Positions 9,522 through 20,655 of a stretch of 64,000 nt of DNA are shown here, one piece after another. The stretch is taken from NCBI GenBank assembly GCA_016839555.1, contig JAEOUA010000008.1, forward strand, positions 192,001 through 256,000, written 5' to 3'. Numbering within the stretch: the stretch's first letter is position 1; every line of letters starts with the position of its first letter. The DNA is from Promethearchaeota archaeon. GTDB lineage: Archaea; Asgardarchaeota; Lokiarchaeia; Sigyniarchaeales; SOKP01. The translations under genes and the position numbers were made by a program. The notes under the pieces were generated by a model, which made no database searches, was not told the DNA's origin, and saw nothing but the letters and a program-made list of their open reading frames with translations.

Positions 9522-12374
9522 TTAAAAAAATTTCTCATCGTATTTATTAAATCGTCTTTTTATGGCAGATCTTCCTCCTTCCAATTTTAGAATGGAATCA
9601 ATACAACTCTCAAATCCTCCATATTTCTCAATCTCCCCAACTTCTCTATCTTCTTTCGGTCGGGTTTCTAAATGGTATAGGAGGTCCACATCTCCCAGTG
9701 TGGGGATATTAGGATTATGAGTTGCTACGATGATTTGTCTTTTTTGTTTCACGTCTAACAAATATTTTGAAAATTTCCTTATTGATTCTTGATCTAGCTC
9801 AGAATCCGCTTGATCTATTAGAAATGGAATTCTCTCTTCTAAAAGCATGATATATAGCAGAATAGCGCATCTTTCACCTATAGATACTTTACTTATATGA
9901 TAATGCCTGCTTAAGCCGCTCCTTCTATACGAAATCACGGGTTTTGAATCGATGTATGTTTTAAATAGTTCTATTAATGAATTATCGAATCTCTTTGGGG
10001 TATCATCATTTTTTATCAGTTCTTTTAATTTGTTTATCAAGACATGGTATTTCGACGGTATAATTTGCGATATTTGTTTTGCGTGTTTATTAATTATATC
10101 ATTTATAAGCTCAAAAGGTAAAAATTTATTGTGTATGATTTTTAATACTTCTTTTTTACCTCCTGAGTGAAATTTTTTTAACCAGTTGTAATATAGACTC
10201 TGTTTAAGATTTTTTGGTCTTGCTTTCATTCTTATTTTTGCTTTAATCTCCCATTCATTAATTCTTCTTTCAATGTTTTTTACAGCCTTTCGTCTTTTTA
10301 TCCGTATTTCAAGTGTTGTGTCAAATACTTTCTTGGCTAATTCATATAATTTTGTTTCCAGGATTCGTATATTTCTTTTAATCTTTGCAAAACTTTTTAA
10401 ATCTTCTTTCAATTCTTTCTTGATATCTTTTAGATTCAATACATCTTCTTGAAGCTTCAAAAGATACTTTATATCATACATTTCTAATATATCTTCGTAT
10501 TCCTTATTTTTTTTACCATAAAATAAATTCCATTCATTTAATAAGTCTTCATAATCTTTTTTAATTCTATTCTTTTTAATCGATAATATTTCCTTTATTT
10601 TATTTTGAAGTTGAATAATATTCTCATAAAAGTTATTAAATTTATTGATTAATTTATTGATCTCCTTTTTAAAATCCGAATTAATTGAGGAAAATGCATC
10701 AGCCTTAAAACTTAGATTTAAGTTCGATATTAATCGTTCAATCCAGTCATTTATTTTTATTTTTCTACTGTTTAATTCTGAATTAAATGAGATTAATGAT
10801 TCATATTTGTCTAAATTGAGTTTTTTCAGGATTTTTGTATGGGTTTCTTTTTTTTTTATTCTTTCGTTAATATCATAAATATTATTCTTGACCTCTTGTA
10901 GATTATCAAACTCATTATATTTCTCAGCCAATATCTTTTGCATTTTGGAGATTTCAGCAATAATATTATTCCTTTCCTTTTTTTCTGAAAAATCTTCTAT
11001 AAACTTGTCAACAATGTTTAATAGAGAACTGGTTTTTTTATGTAATCGAGGGATTTCAGTTTGACTCAAAGCTTCTATTTGTATGTTTTTTATAATTTCT
11101 TCTTGTTCTATTTCATAAAAAGTTCCTTGAGGGCTTAACTTATAAAATTCTCTTATAACATCATTTTCCCATTGTATTTCTTTAGTATCTTCTTGAATTA
11201 ATAATGTATTACTAATAGCAATAATATCATCATTGTCTTTGATAAATATTACTACTTTACCTTCATTTCCTAATTGCATCAAGATTTTGTTATTAAAGAT
11301 ATCTAAACATTCTTTATCCTCCGTAATGGACATTAATCCGAATCTTATGATATCAACAATGAATGATTTACCTGTGCCACGCCCCCCGATCAATACATTT
11401 AATTCGGGATTAAATCTAAAATATTTTTCTTTAAAGAACAATCCATTTACATAAAACCCAACTATGTATGGATTTTCGCGAACCCCGTCTAGAGCCGTTT
11501 TTACCCTTGTTTCAAAATCATATTCAATCTGTTTTAATCCTGTAATATTTTTTTCAGAAAGTTTCAAATATACGGTACCAATATTACAATACTCATATAA
11601 TGGGCAGGAAGGGCAAATTGAGTAAATTTTATCAAGAAGTGATGTATCGTGTGCATCTGAGGCTTTTATCTTTGCAAGGTTTCTAAGCTCTTCTATGTCA
11701 TGGAATTTCTGTGGTGTTTCTGTAAAGGTTTTCGGACAATTTTTATGTGGATTTAGACTTTTTGCTCCTATTGATGGTTTTCCTAAATTCCATAATCTTG
11801 TTAAAGGGCTTTTAACATATGTGATTAATGCCTCTCCTGTGACGTTTTTTGTAATTCCCTCTTCTCCTAGAGGATGAGGAAAGAATCCTATTACCTAATA
11901 ATTTGAAAAATCCTTTCTGAAATCATCTTTATTTCCCGATAAGCTTTTGTCTATTATATCCCCGTGATCTTTATTATTTTCATTAGGTTGGTCTTTCTTC
12001 CTTCCTATAGCACCTAGTAAATTACTAATATTTGATTCTGAAATATTTTGACCGTTAAAGATTATTGAAAAATGAGTATTTGATGAATCCTTCAATTCTA
12101 TACAAGGGAGAAATGTTATATCCGTATCGCGTTTTGTATTTAAGTTATTAAGAATTTCAATACCGCTTTTCAAATCCTTTAAATCCTTTTGCCTATGGAC
12201 CGTTAGACCAACGAGTTGAATTTTATGTTTTATTAGAATGTCGTATAGATCATTGCAATAATCTCCAATTGGAGTTTGTTCAGGTATCTCGAAATGTAAA
12301 TGTAAATCTGACTTATAAAATTGAGAGCCAATATGTTGCTCTATTAAATTTTTATAAACTTCTTCAATTTGCAT
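9522..12374 (-). pseudogene. PHP phosphoesterase-ABC/SMC-like ATPase fusion (TrlF/Ppl-like antiviral protein) with one in-frame TAG
   Basis: ORFs 11895-12374 and 9522-11567 share a frame, separated only by TAG at 11895-11897. PHP motifs DLHLH, FPHP, SDAH; GGRGTGKS, coiled coil, SIGER, LIDQ, VATHNPN, LEGG. Confidence 0.85.
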
Positions 12375-12849
12375 AGTGTCACTTTTGCTTTTAGATATTT
12401 TATTAAAAAGTATATTAAATATAAAAATCTAATGGTCTATTAGTCTTTTAAAATAGATTCTCTGTTTTCTATTATTCATTTCCAAAGCTAAAATTAAATA
12501 ATTTATTATTAAGAAAAATTTCCCTACTATATATATTCTTGATATTAATGTTGATTATGTATTTATTAATTAACTTAGTAGATATTTAAAAAGAAACTAA
12601 ATGTCAGATTAGCTTTATCTTGATTTTCCTATTTATTTTGTGAGATGAAAATAAGAATAGAATCGCAGTTTCCCTATATAATTATGAAAGCGTTAGAAGG
12701 AGTTGTATTGCAGATCCCTCTTTCATTATATGCGTTCATAGCTTATAATACTAAGTAACGAAAAAATGGGGAAAAAGATATATTTCTAAAGTGTGTATTA
12801 TAAGTCAAGAAAGAAATATTAGAAATAAAAATCTACTTAAAGAATAATA

Positions 12850-13821
12850 ATGATATTAACTGCCCCAAGAGACAAGACAAAAAAAAGACTTTTCGCTGTT
12901 TCGGGTAATAAATGCTATTTCCCTAACTGTAATACTCCACTAGTTGATTTAGAGAGTGGAACTGTAACTGGAGAAATTTGCCATATTAAAGGTAAAAAAC
13001 CAGATTCTCCAAGGTAAGATCCCAACCAATCTGATGAGGAAAGACACGGATTTAACAACCTTATCCTTATGTGTGGATTTCACCATAAAGTAATAGATGA
13101 TGATCCAGATTCGTACACAGTTTCTCGATTGTTGGATATAAAGAAAACTCATGAACAATCAAACATTAGGGGTAAAGAACTAAGCGATAATGCTACTAAT
13201 TTATTTATAAAAAATGTTACTGACGATTCTATAATCTTTACACAGGATCAGAAAGGAGGGCAAGTCGCACATTCAATAATTAATATTAATTATAAGAATC
13301 GAGATAATATTGATAAAGAGAATAAGGATCGTTTAAAACAAGAAATAGTCAGAACCTTTGAAGAGGGTGATCTTCGATCATTTTATGCTTCAATTTTTGA
13401 TTTTGGGTTTAAGGAAATAACTAGAATCTTACAATGGATTGTAATTGAATCGTATGATGCATATAATGACGGTGTTAATATAGTTCAATTAGTAATTGAT
13501 AAGGGTGATAGAAGAGATGAAAAAGTGGGGGATATGATATTTCACAGGGGTATTGAAAAATATGAGATTCAATTTAGTCCAACAACTTGCCAAATTTTTT
13601 TTGATGTCCGACAATTTTCATGGTTTAATAAAGAGGGTAAAATAATTTTTGCTGGCGGATGGGATAGCCAATATTATGGTAGTTTGATGATGATGTATTT
13701 TAACAACCAAACGCAAAGATATGGATGGCATTCGGTTGAAAGACCTGATATTGAAGATCGAAGTGAAGAAGCAAGGAATAATATACTCATATATTTGAAA
13801 GAAAAATTAGGTGTAAATTGA
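12850..13821 (+). pseudogene. HNH endonuclease domain plus unique C-terminal domain, interrupted by TAA
   Basis: ATG 12850 RLFAVSGNKCYFPNC..GEICHI..PR*D..NLILMCGFHHKVID; TAA at 13015-13017 replaces the Tyr seen in the paralogue (PRYD). Confidence 0.85.
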
Positions 13822-13947
13822 ATGAGATTTTATTAACGATAAATTATCTGAAAAAATTGAATAGATATTATTTATTATTGGATATTATGGTAAGTATTAA
13901 TGATCTAATTGTTAGAAAAGTAATTTGGGAAAACTATAAAATATCTT

Positions 13948-14601
13948 TTACCTAGCTCGATTGAAGATGTTAATTTCCCATCCATATTGAGATAACATTT
14001 GTTCTAGCATTTCTTCCACTTCTAAAGGAATCTTAAAGATATTACAAATATAATGGACAAACCTTCCTCTTATTATTTCAAGTTCTTTGTCTTTAATTTC
14101 AATTTTCTTGGAATTTCTATATATATCACCTTCAATCAGTATTTTATCAATTTGGTTTTTATTATTATTAAAGTGTTCTGCTAAGATTTTAAGATCTAAA
14201 TCAGGATTAACTAATTTTCTTTCATTCTTTAAAATCCATTCAAAAGAATAACATCCAATATAATCTACTACAATACTATGGGGTAATCCTATATGTAAAC
14301 CTCTTGTTGGTTTAAAATTTCCTGCATTTGCTATAATCTCCTTATTCTCGTCACATATCTTATCCAACAATGAATTAATTTGGAGCAATTTTTTAACTTT
14401 TTTATATCTAATTGCGATTTTAATATGCGGATCAAATTTTGGAGGGTAAAAATAATAAGTAAAGTAGCACCCATATACACATTCTTCTGTTTTTAATTTA
14501 CGAAGAAATTTATATATAACTGCTCCAAATTTATCTAAACCTTGCCTCGTATTTTTCGGATATGTGAAAATATCTCTATGTTGCAGATCGCCAAGCTCCA
14601 T
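13948..14601 (-). CDS. Hypothetical protein resembling the lantibiotic dehydratase C-terminal (elimination) domain
   Basis: YFTYY..DPHIKIAIR and FVHYICNIFKI..E echo the FFIRY..PHLRLR and HMxxNRL..E motifs of that family. Confidence 0.4.
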   Translation of the reverse strand: MELGDLQHRDIFTYPKNTRQGLDKFGAVIYKFLRKLKTEECVYGCYFTYYFYPPKFDPHIKIAIRYKKVKKLLQINSLLDKICDENKEIIANAGNFKPTRGLHIGLPHSIVVDYIGCYSFEWILKNERKLVNPDLDLKILAEHFNNNKNQIDKILIEGDIYRNSKKIEIKDKELEIIRGRFVHYICNIFKIPLEVEEMLEQMLSQYGWEINIFNRAR

Positions 14602-14958
14602 CTTAATTTGTCAATAATAATATTACATTATAACATATATACTTTAAGATTTATATTCTATACTATTTTAGAATCAAAAATATCTAATACTTCATCGAAA
14701 CTTTTACCGCTTAACTCTTGTATCTTTTGATTTCTATTGAAATGTCTTTCAGGATTAAACATCAATCCAATGTTTTGAGTCCTATCGAATCTTACCTCCT
14801 TTATTATATAAATTATTATTTCTTTAACCTATAATACACACAATAGAAATATATTTTTATGTAACAAATAATGAATTAATAGAGAATTATATAATTCAAA
14901 TTAATAGATAGTAATTAGACTAAAATAATTAAAATAAAAAACAAAATAGGGATAAGCT

Positions 14959-16449
14959 GTGGAACCATCCATAACTAAAGTTTATAAAGCGCTAAAAGAT
15001 TCTTATAAATATATTGATTACCGTTGTGCATACTTTAAAGAAGGTAATGAATGGATAAGTATAGTGTCTGCTTTTAGATTCACACGTAAAGAATATGATA
15101 AATTAAATGAGTATCACGAAAGATTAAGGAAAATAACACATAATACAGAATGGTTTAAAATTAAATTTGAAATCTTAAACATTAAAGAATGGAGAGCAAA
15201 ATGGGAAGAAACTAAGAAAGAAGTTAACTTTTTAGAAGATAATTTTGATCTCAATTCATTAGACTTATTCATAAATATGGAGTATAATTCACATCCTCCA
15301 ATAACAAAAATTGATAGAAAATTTAATACAATTCAATTTAATGTTCGCTCCGCAAGGTATGAAGAACATCAAAAAAGGCTTGAATCTTTAAAGGAAAAAA
15401 AGGAATTAAGGAGTATGGGAGTCACATCTGTATATCCAATCATTAAAAATACTTTACAAATTGATTTTAATAAAACTTCACAAATATTCTCCATTTTCCT
15501 TTTTCCAATTTATATTAAATTTAAAGATGTTAAGTATAGGGGAGATAATCTTTCAGGTGAAATTGAATATCATAAGCTTTTTTCTAACTCTAACCTTATA
15601 GTTAAACATGATTTAAGAGGGACTAACGAAGGAATTATAAAAAATCTAAGATTGGAAGAAAAAATAAATTTAGATCAAGATTATTACACTACTCAATTCG
15701 ATATTAAAATCGATAAAGAATTACATCAAATCGAAGAAAATTTTTCTCAATTCATATTTAGCATTTACTTAAGCCCTTTAAATATGGAATTAACAGACTA
15801 TAAAATATTTGCTTATGATTCAGAACGGACTCAAGAGAAAAGAATATATGAGGAAGAAATAAAAAGTGTCGAGATCCTTAAGGAATCTCAAGATTTATTC
15901 ATTAAACTAAATATTAAGGACTTTCAATTATCTGAATATGATGAACTCATCAATTTAATTAATAGATCTGCTTATAATGACAAATACTATAGAATCCTCC
16001 CAATCTTACTCAGATGCCTTTTTGAAAACCTTTTATATGATATTTTTCAAACAGGTCTTAATGTAAAGCACACTGAATTTTTCTTTCTAAAAAACCAATA
16101 TAGATCAAGGGACTTTTCTCAGTTAATCGCACTATTAAATATTTTGAAGGATAAGGATTTTAAATTATATCATAGAGATACTCTTAACCAGAATATGATA
16201 GAAACTTTAAAAGAAATCCAAAAGTTTGGTAATTGGAGTGTTCACGATATTATAAGGCAAGTAGATAGAGATTTTGCTGACAATTGCGAACAAAAAGTAA
16301 ATAGAGTGTTATTAGCACTTTTAACATTATATAAGAAACTACAAGGTAAAAATTTAGAAATAAAGGATGAAGACACACTTAATAGAATTAAAAAAACCCT
16401 TAATCTTGTCAATCTTGATGATTCATTTAAATCCAAAATTACAAGATAG
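14959..16449 (+). CDS. Protein with C-terminal HEPN/DUF4145-like helical domain; in frame with downstream SAVED-CD-NTase across a TAG
   Basis: LINLIN..ILLRCLFENLL..FSQLI..IQKFGNWSVH pattern. Confidence 0.55.
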   Translation: MEPSITKVYKALKDSYKYIDYRCAYFKEGNEWISIVSAFRFTRKEYDKLNEYHERLRKITHNTEWFKIKFEILNIKEWRAKWEETKKEVNFLEDNFDLNSLDLFINMEYNSHPPITKIDRKFNTIQFNVRSARYEEHQKRLESLKEKKELRSMGVTSVYPIIKNTLQIDFNKTSQIFSIFLFPIYIKFKDVKYRGDNLSGEIEYHKLFSNSNLIVKHDLRGTNEGIIKNLRLEEKINLDQDYYTTQFDIKIDKELHQIEENFSQFIFSIYLSPLNMELTDYKIFAYDSERTQEKRIYEEEIKSVEILKESQDLFIKLNIKDFQLSEYDELINLINRSAYNDKYYRILPILLRCLFENLLYDIFQTGLNVKHTEFFFLKNQYRSRDFSQLIALLNILKDKDFKLYHRDTLNQNMIETLKEIQKFGNWSVHDIIRQVDRDFADNCEQKVNRVLLALLTLYKKLQGKNLEIKDEDTLNRIKKTLNLVNLDDSFKSKITR

Positions 16450-17823
16450 AAGATAATAATTCAAGAGGATATTACACCTATTGATGAGAAAAGTGTAATT
16501 AAGTCTCTTCAACCTGATAAGGCAGCTGATGATGAAATAAAATTAGAGTGTAATATTCAAAAAAGTAATTGGAATAAAATAAAGACATATTTACAAAATC
16601 ACATAAATAATCTTTTTAATGAGAAGGAATATTATCAATTTGCAATATCTTCACTTGCTCGGATCTCGTGTGCCGTGTATTTGGGATATCTCCTTACAAA
16701 TCGTGTTAAAATTAGATATTCTCAATATCAAAGTGATTCACAGGTCTGGAATTGGTTAAAGGCTTTAGATAATTTAGACTTACCTAAATTACATACTTCG
16801 GGCTTGATAAAGAAAGAAAAGAGCAAGATTAACGAAATTATTATAAAAATATCTCTTTCAGCGAAAATTTTAGATGACCAAATCAACGAATTAGAATTGG
16901 ATATAAGAGATAAGATTGAAATTACTATAGATAACCCTTCGGAAGATTGGCTTAAATCAGAGAGTCAAATAGTTGATCTCGGTAAGTCATTTAGGGAAAT
17001 CCTAACCAATCTAAGGATAAATACTCCTAACTTAAATAAGATTCATTTATTCTATGCCGATCCAACTGCAGGTGCGATTGTGATAGGAAGACAAATCAAT
17101 CCTAGTATGAATCCCATAGTTCAACTCTATGAGTTTGATAGAAAAAAAGTTCCTAATTATCAAAAAATTCGAGATCAACTCGAAAAACCAACTGTTTATT
17201 ATGCAGGCTCTTTTCGAAAGAAAACTATGATTAATGTTAGTTATGATCTTGACATTATCCTATATTGGTCATCAAAGGCTTCCAGTACAATTAAAGAGTT
17301 TTATACTAAAGTTGGTATGGAGTTACAAAGGAATTGGAAAAGATTACGAGCAAAAAAAGTTGGATGGGAAATAGTTTTTAAAGGGGATTTTCATATTGAT
17401 GTAATATCAGGTAAAAGAAAGCATAAGAGTTATCGGGAAGCTTATTTATATAATCGAGAGATTGATGGAAAGTTTCTAACAAGCATAAATAAGCAAGTGA
17501 ATTATATAAAACGCCGTCGGCGAGGTGATGTTATCAAATTAATCAAACTATGGAAAAAAAGAAAATAAGTTCCTATTAAAACTTTTATATTAGAACTAAT
17601 GGTTGTTCGAGGGTGTAAAGATTTGCCTCGTAAAGAACTTGAACCTCAATTAGGAGGAGCACTTAAATATATATCAGATAATATTACTAAAATTAGACTT
17701 GAAGACCCAGCTAATCCTCAAAATATTATTTCAGACGATCTAACGAAGGAGGAAAAGAATCGTATTAGAAACCTTGCAAATCAAGCTTTAAATGCTAAAA
17801 ATTGGAATCAAGTGTTTTTTTAA
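16450..17823 (+). pseudogene. SAVED sensor domain fused in frame to a cGAS/DncV-like nucleotidyltransferase (CD-NTase), internal TAA
   Basis: SAVED: LAR..VYLGYLL..W.W..KISLSA..IHLFYA.PT...IGRQIN...VQLYEF. NTase: YAGS, YDLDI, HIDV, RLEDPANPQN. TAA at 17566-17568 is in frame with 17599-17823. Confidence 0.85.
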
Positions 17824-17879
17824 TTACTAGAAAAGTTGCGATGCAACCCCTTTTATTACTTTCTTAATTATGCAAAAGG

Positions 17880-19898
17880 TTAAATTTCCTCTATTTTCTC
17901 TTTTGGTTTATAGGTAATTTCATAAAAATAAAGAAATTGGATTAAATCATCTTTATTGAAAGGTATAAATCGTTTATTAGTTGCTTTACATAAATTTAAA
18001 GCTTCTGAAATAAAATTATGTGAAGTCGGTTTGTTATTAGCAAAAAAAATTATTTTTACTGTATTTCTTTGAGTTAATTTATTAACTTGGATAGAAGCAT
18101 TGTTATATTGGTTTTGTGTATTCAGATTAGTTGCTTTTAAAACTATGGCTTTTCCTTCATTTTCAGAGATCCAATAGCAATCTGCTAATTCTTCGGCACA
18201 ATGTGGTAATACTTCTTTTCCTAAAGGAAAAGAAAAAAGTTTAGTAAGACATATTTTATTGGGATATTTCCAACATTCTTCACAATCTTTAGCAGTAATT
18301 TCTTTACCACACTTTTCTTTTAATTTTTCAATCTTTTCTTGAATAATCGAATACTTTTTTGGACCAATTTCTTTTATAAACGATTTTTGTGTCTTTAAAA
18401 AATTAAAGTATTTCTTTTTTATTTTCTCATCTTCTAAATCTAGATACTCTAATTTTACAGATTGATAAAAAGGATTTTTGTATTCCACTCTATTTAGCTC
18501 ATTGTCAAGAGGGCATAACTCAGGATCTCCGCACCATTGGATTTTAATTACAAATTCTCCTTGGTTAAGGTTTATAATCTCTTTTCTCAACCCCTCTGAA
18601 GGAACATCATATCGATTTCCATTAATTAACGTTTTACAACGGAAGGAAGTTAAATATTGTTCATCAACATCCCATTTAAATTCAATATATTTTTTTCCTT
18701 CAATTTCTTCAAATTTAGGTTCTGGAAACTGAAAAGATTTAACAGGAAAAACAATTGTAAAATTTGGCTGATCTAGAACATTAAGGTTTATGCCCATAAA
18801 ATTATTAACTTTATCCGTTATATCAATCAAGGAGCCCCCTTCACCCTGAAATTCAATATTCTCAAAATCTCGATGTGAAAATTTCATATCATGATATTGA
18901 TCTAAATGGTCAAAGAAAATAAAGTTGATTAGATCAGCGCATAATATTCTTGCATAATCAAAATTTCCCCTTATTTTCTCCTTAAATTTTTTATTAAAAA
19001 AATAAGGTGGGACAGAGTAAACAAATTCAAGTATATAGTTATTAAAATTATATATTAGAAATGGATTGATTTCTAGCTTATTTTCTAAATCATTAAAGGA
19101 TAAAATCTCTTCAAATAAGCCAATCCGATTGTGTTTTGAAAAAATAGGTTCTTTCTGTTCAAGATCAGCATCAGTAAAATCAATTCTAAAATATAAAATC
19201 TCATTTATGCCATAATATTCTGAAGGTTTATTTATCCCATTTGGATTATAAGCCACTATTCTTACACGATTATTATTATAAGGCTCAAATAGAAATGATT
19301 CTTTAGTATCATTAGCTAGTTTTAATAATGTCTTGAAATTCCAATATGGACAAAAGGATGAAAATATCTCTCTTCCTTTACTCGTTAAATCAATAGTAAC
19401 TATGGTTCCCGCTAATAAATCAGTAGAACGATAGATCAAATCCAAATCTTCGAGTAATGCTAATAAAAAATTTGCCTTATAATCAGGTCTAATAGGAATA
19501 AGATTAAAAAATGTATCATCAAATGGATCTCCTATATGCTTCTTATGGTATTCTTCAATATAATTGAGTAATTTACATAATAAAATAATGTAATTTAGTT
19601 TATGTTCAATAAACTTTTCATAATAAATATAGGTCTTTAATCTAAGTCCATTATTGATTGTTAAATCTTTTTTTTCAAGTCGTTCCAAACCAATTTTTAA
19701 TTGATCATTGATTTCTAACTTTTTTGGTTTGGGAATCTTAAGTGTCCTTAAAGAATGATGAAGATATTGCAAATTTTTTAAAAATTTCTCACAATAGACC
19801 TTGATTACTTCTATTTCCTCTTTTATAAAATCATCAATTTCAAATTCAAAAATAGTTTTGGGCTCAAAAATAGAATCTATATGATTTTTAAAATCCAT
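17880..19898 (-). CDS. Large hypothetical protein with C-terminal Cys cluster and putative PD-(D/E)XK nuclease
   Basis: 672 aa; C..DCEEC..C..PH..ELADC..IVLK..Q at the C-terminus. Confidence 0.5.
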   Translation of the reverse strand: MDFKNHIDSIFEPKTIFEFEIDDFIKEEIEVIKVYCEKFLKNLQYLHHSLRTLKIPKPKKLEINDQLKIGLERLEKKDLTINNGLRLKTYIYYEKFIEHKLNYIILLCKLLNYIEEYHKKHIGDPFDDTFFNLIPIRPDYKANFLLALLEDLDLIYRSTDLLAGTIVTIDLTSKGREIFSSFCPYWNFKTLLKLANDTKESFLFEPYNNNRVRIVAYNPNGINKPSEYYGINEILYFRIDFTDADLEQKEPIFSKHNRIGLFEEILSFNDLENKLEINPFLIYNFNNYILEFVYSVPPYFFNKKFKEKIRGNFDYARILCADLINFIFFDHLDQYHDMKFSHRDFENIEFQGEGGSLIDITDKVNNFMGINLNVLDQPNFTIVFPVKSFQFPEPKFEEIEGKKYIEFKWDVDEQYLTSFRCKTLINGNRYDVPSEGLRKEIINLNQGEFVIKIQWCGDPELCPLDNELNRVEYKNPFYQSVKLEYLDLEDEKIKKKYFNFLKTQKSFIKEIGPKKYSIIQEKIEKLKEKCGKEITAKDCEECWKYPNKICLTKLFSFPLGKEVLPHCAEELADCYWISENEGKAIVLKATNLNTQNQYNNASIQVNKLTQRNTVKIIFFANNKPTSHNFISEALNLCKATNKRFIPFNKDDLIQFLYFYEITYKPKEKIEEI

Positions 19899-20129
19899 TT
19901 TCTTCTAAAACTTTTATTCATTATGAATAATTTAAAACTAAAAGTTATATAGAGTTAATTAATAAATTCATAATAATTCATTTTATTAAAATTATAGTTT
20001 CCATCCTAACAATAAAATTAATTTAGTTGCTGCACCTTTTATGAGTTTTGAGACAGAACAAAAAAATATGGAAAGACTACTTTAAAGTCGCTTAATTCTT
20101 TTTTATTACCTACTAAGCAAGAAATTCAA

Positions 20130-20597
20130 ATGACTGATTGTGGAGAATATATTTTTTTCTTGGATGCATTACAGGGAATAGATGCATTACTTTAGATGCC
20201 GATTTTTAGGAAAGGAATTACTGCTACATCTTTTGAGGCGCCTAATGTATCCCATAAGTCTTTTATAATAGAGGGAAATATTACTCATAGTTCACTTTGA
20301 AGTCCAGTTCTTTTGCTTAAGAAAACATTCATGAGTAACCGAGTCTTGCTTTTAGTAGTATTGACAGAAAGATTGAAGATCTTTAAACCTATATATGAAG
20401 ATAAAGAATATTTTGGTTCAGAATCAAATCAAGAGGATAAAACCGAATTATTAAGAGAATATAATGATTTGGATGTTGTTATTAATTCACAATTAATTCC
20501 CGAATTATTAAAAAAATCTATATCCGTTTACATAGAAAGAGGTAATTTTTCAAATATTAGCAAAAAAGATTTGGAATTATTTTATAATTCTGATTAA
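20130..20597 (+). pseudogene. Probable degraded gene
   Basis: Short broken frames with a 10-nt duplication GATGCATTAC (20163, 20182) upstream of the 94-aa ORF 20313-20597. Confidence 0.3.
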
Positions 20598-20655
20598 ATT
20601 AACTAATGGATTTTAGTTGAAAATTATAAAAGTTGTGAGAAATAAATTATATTTT

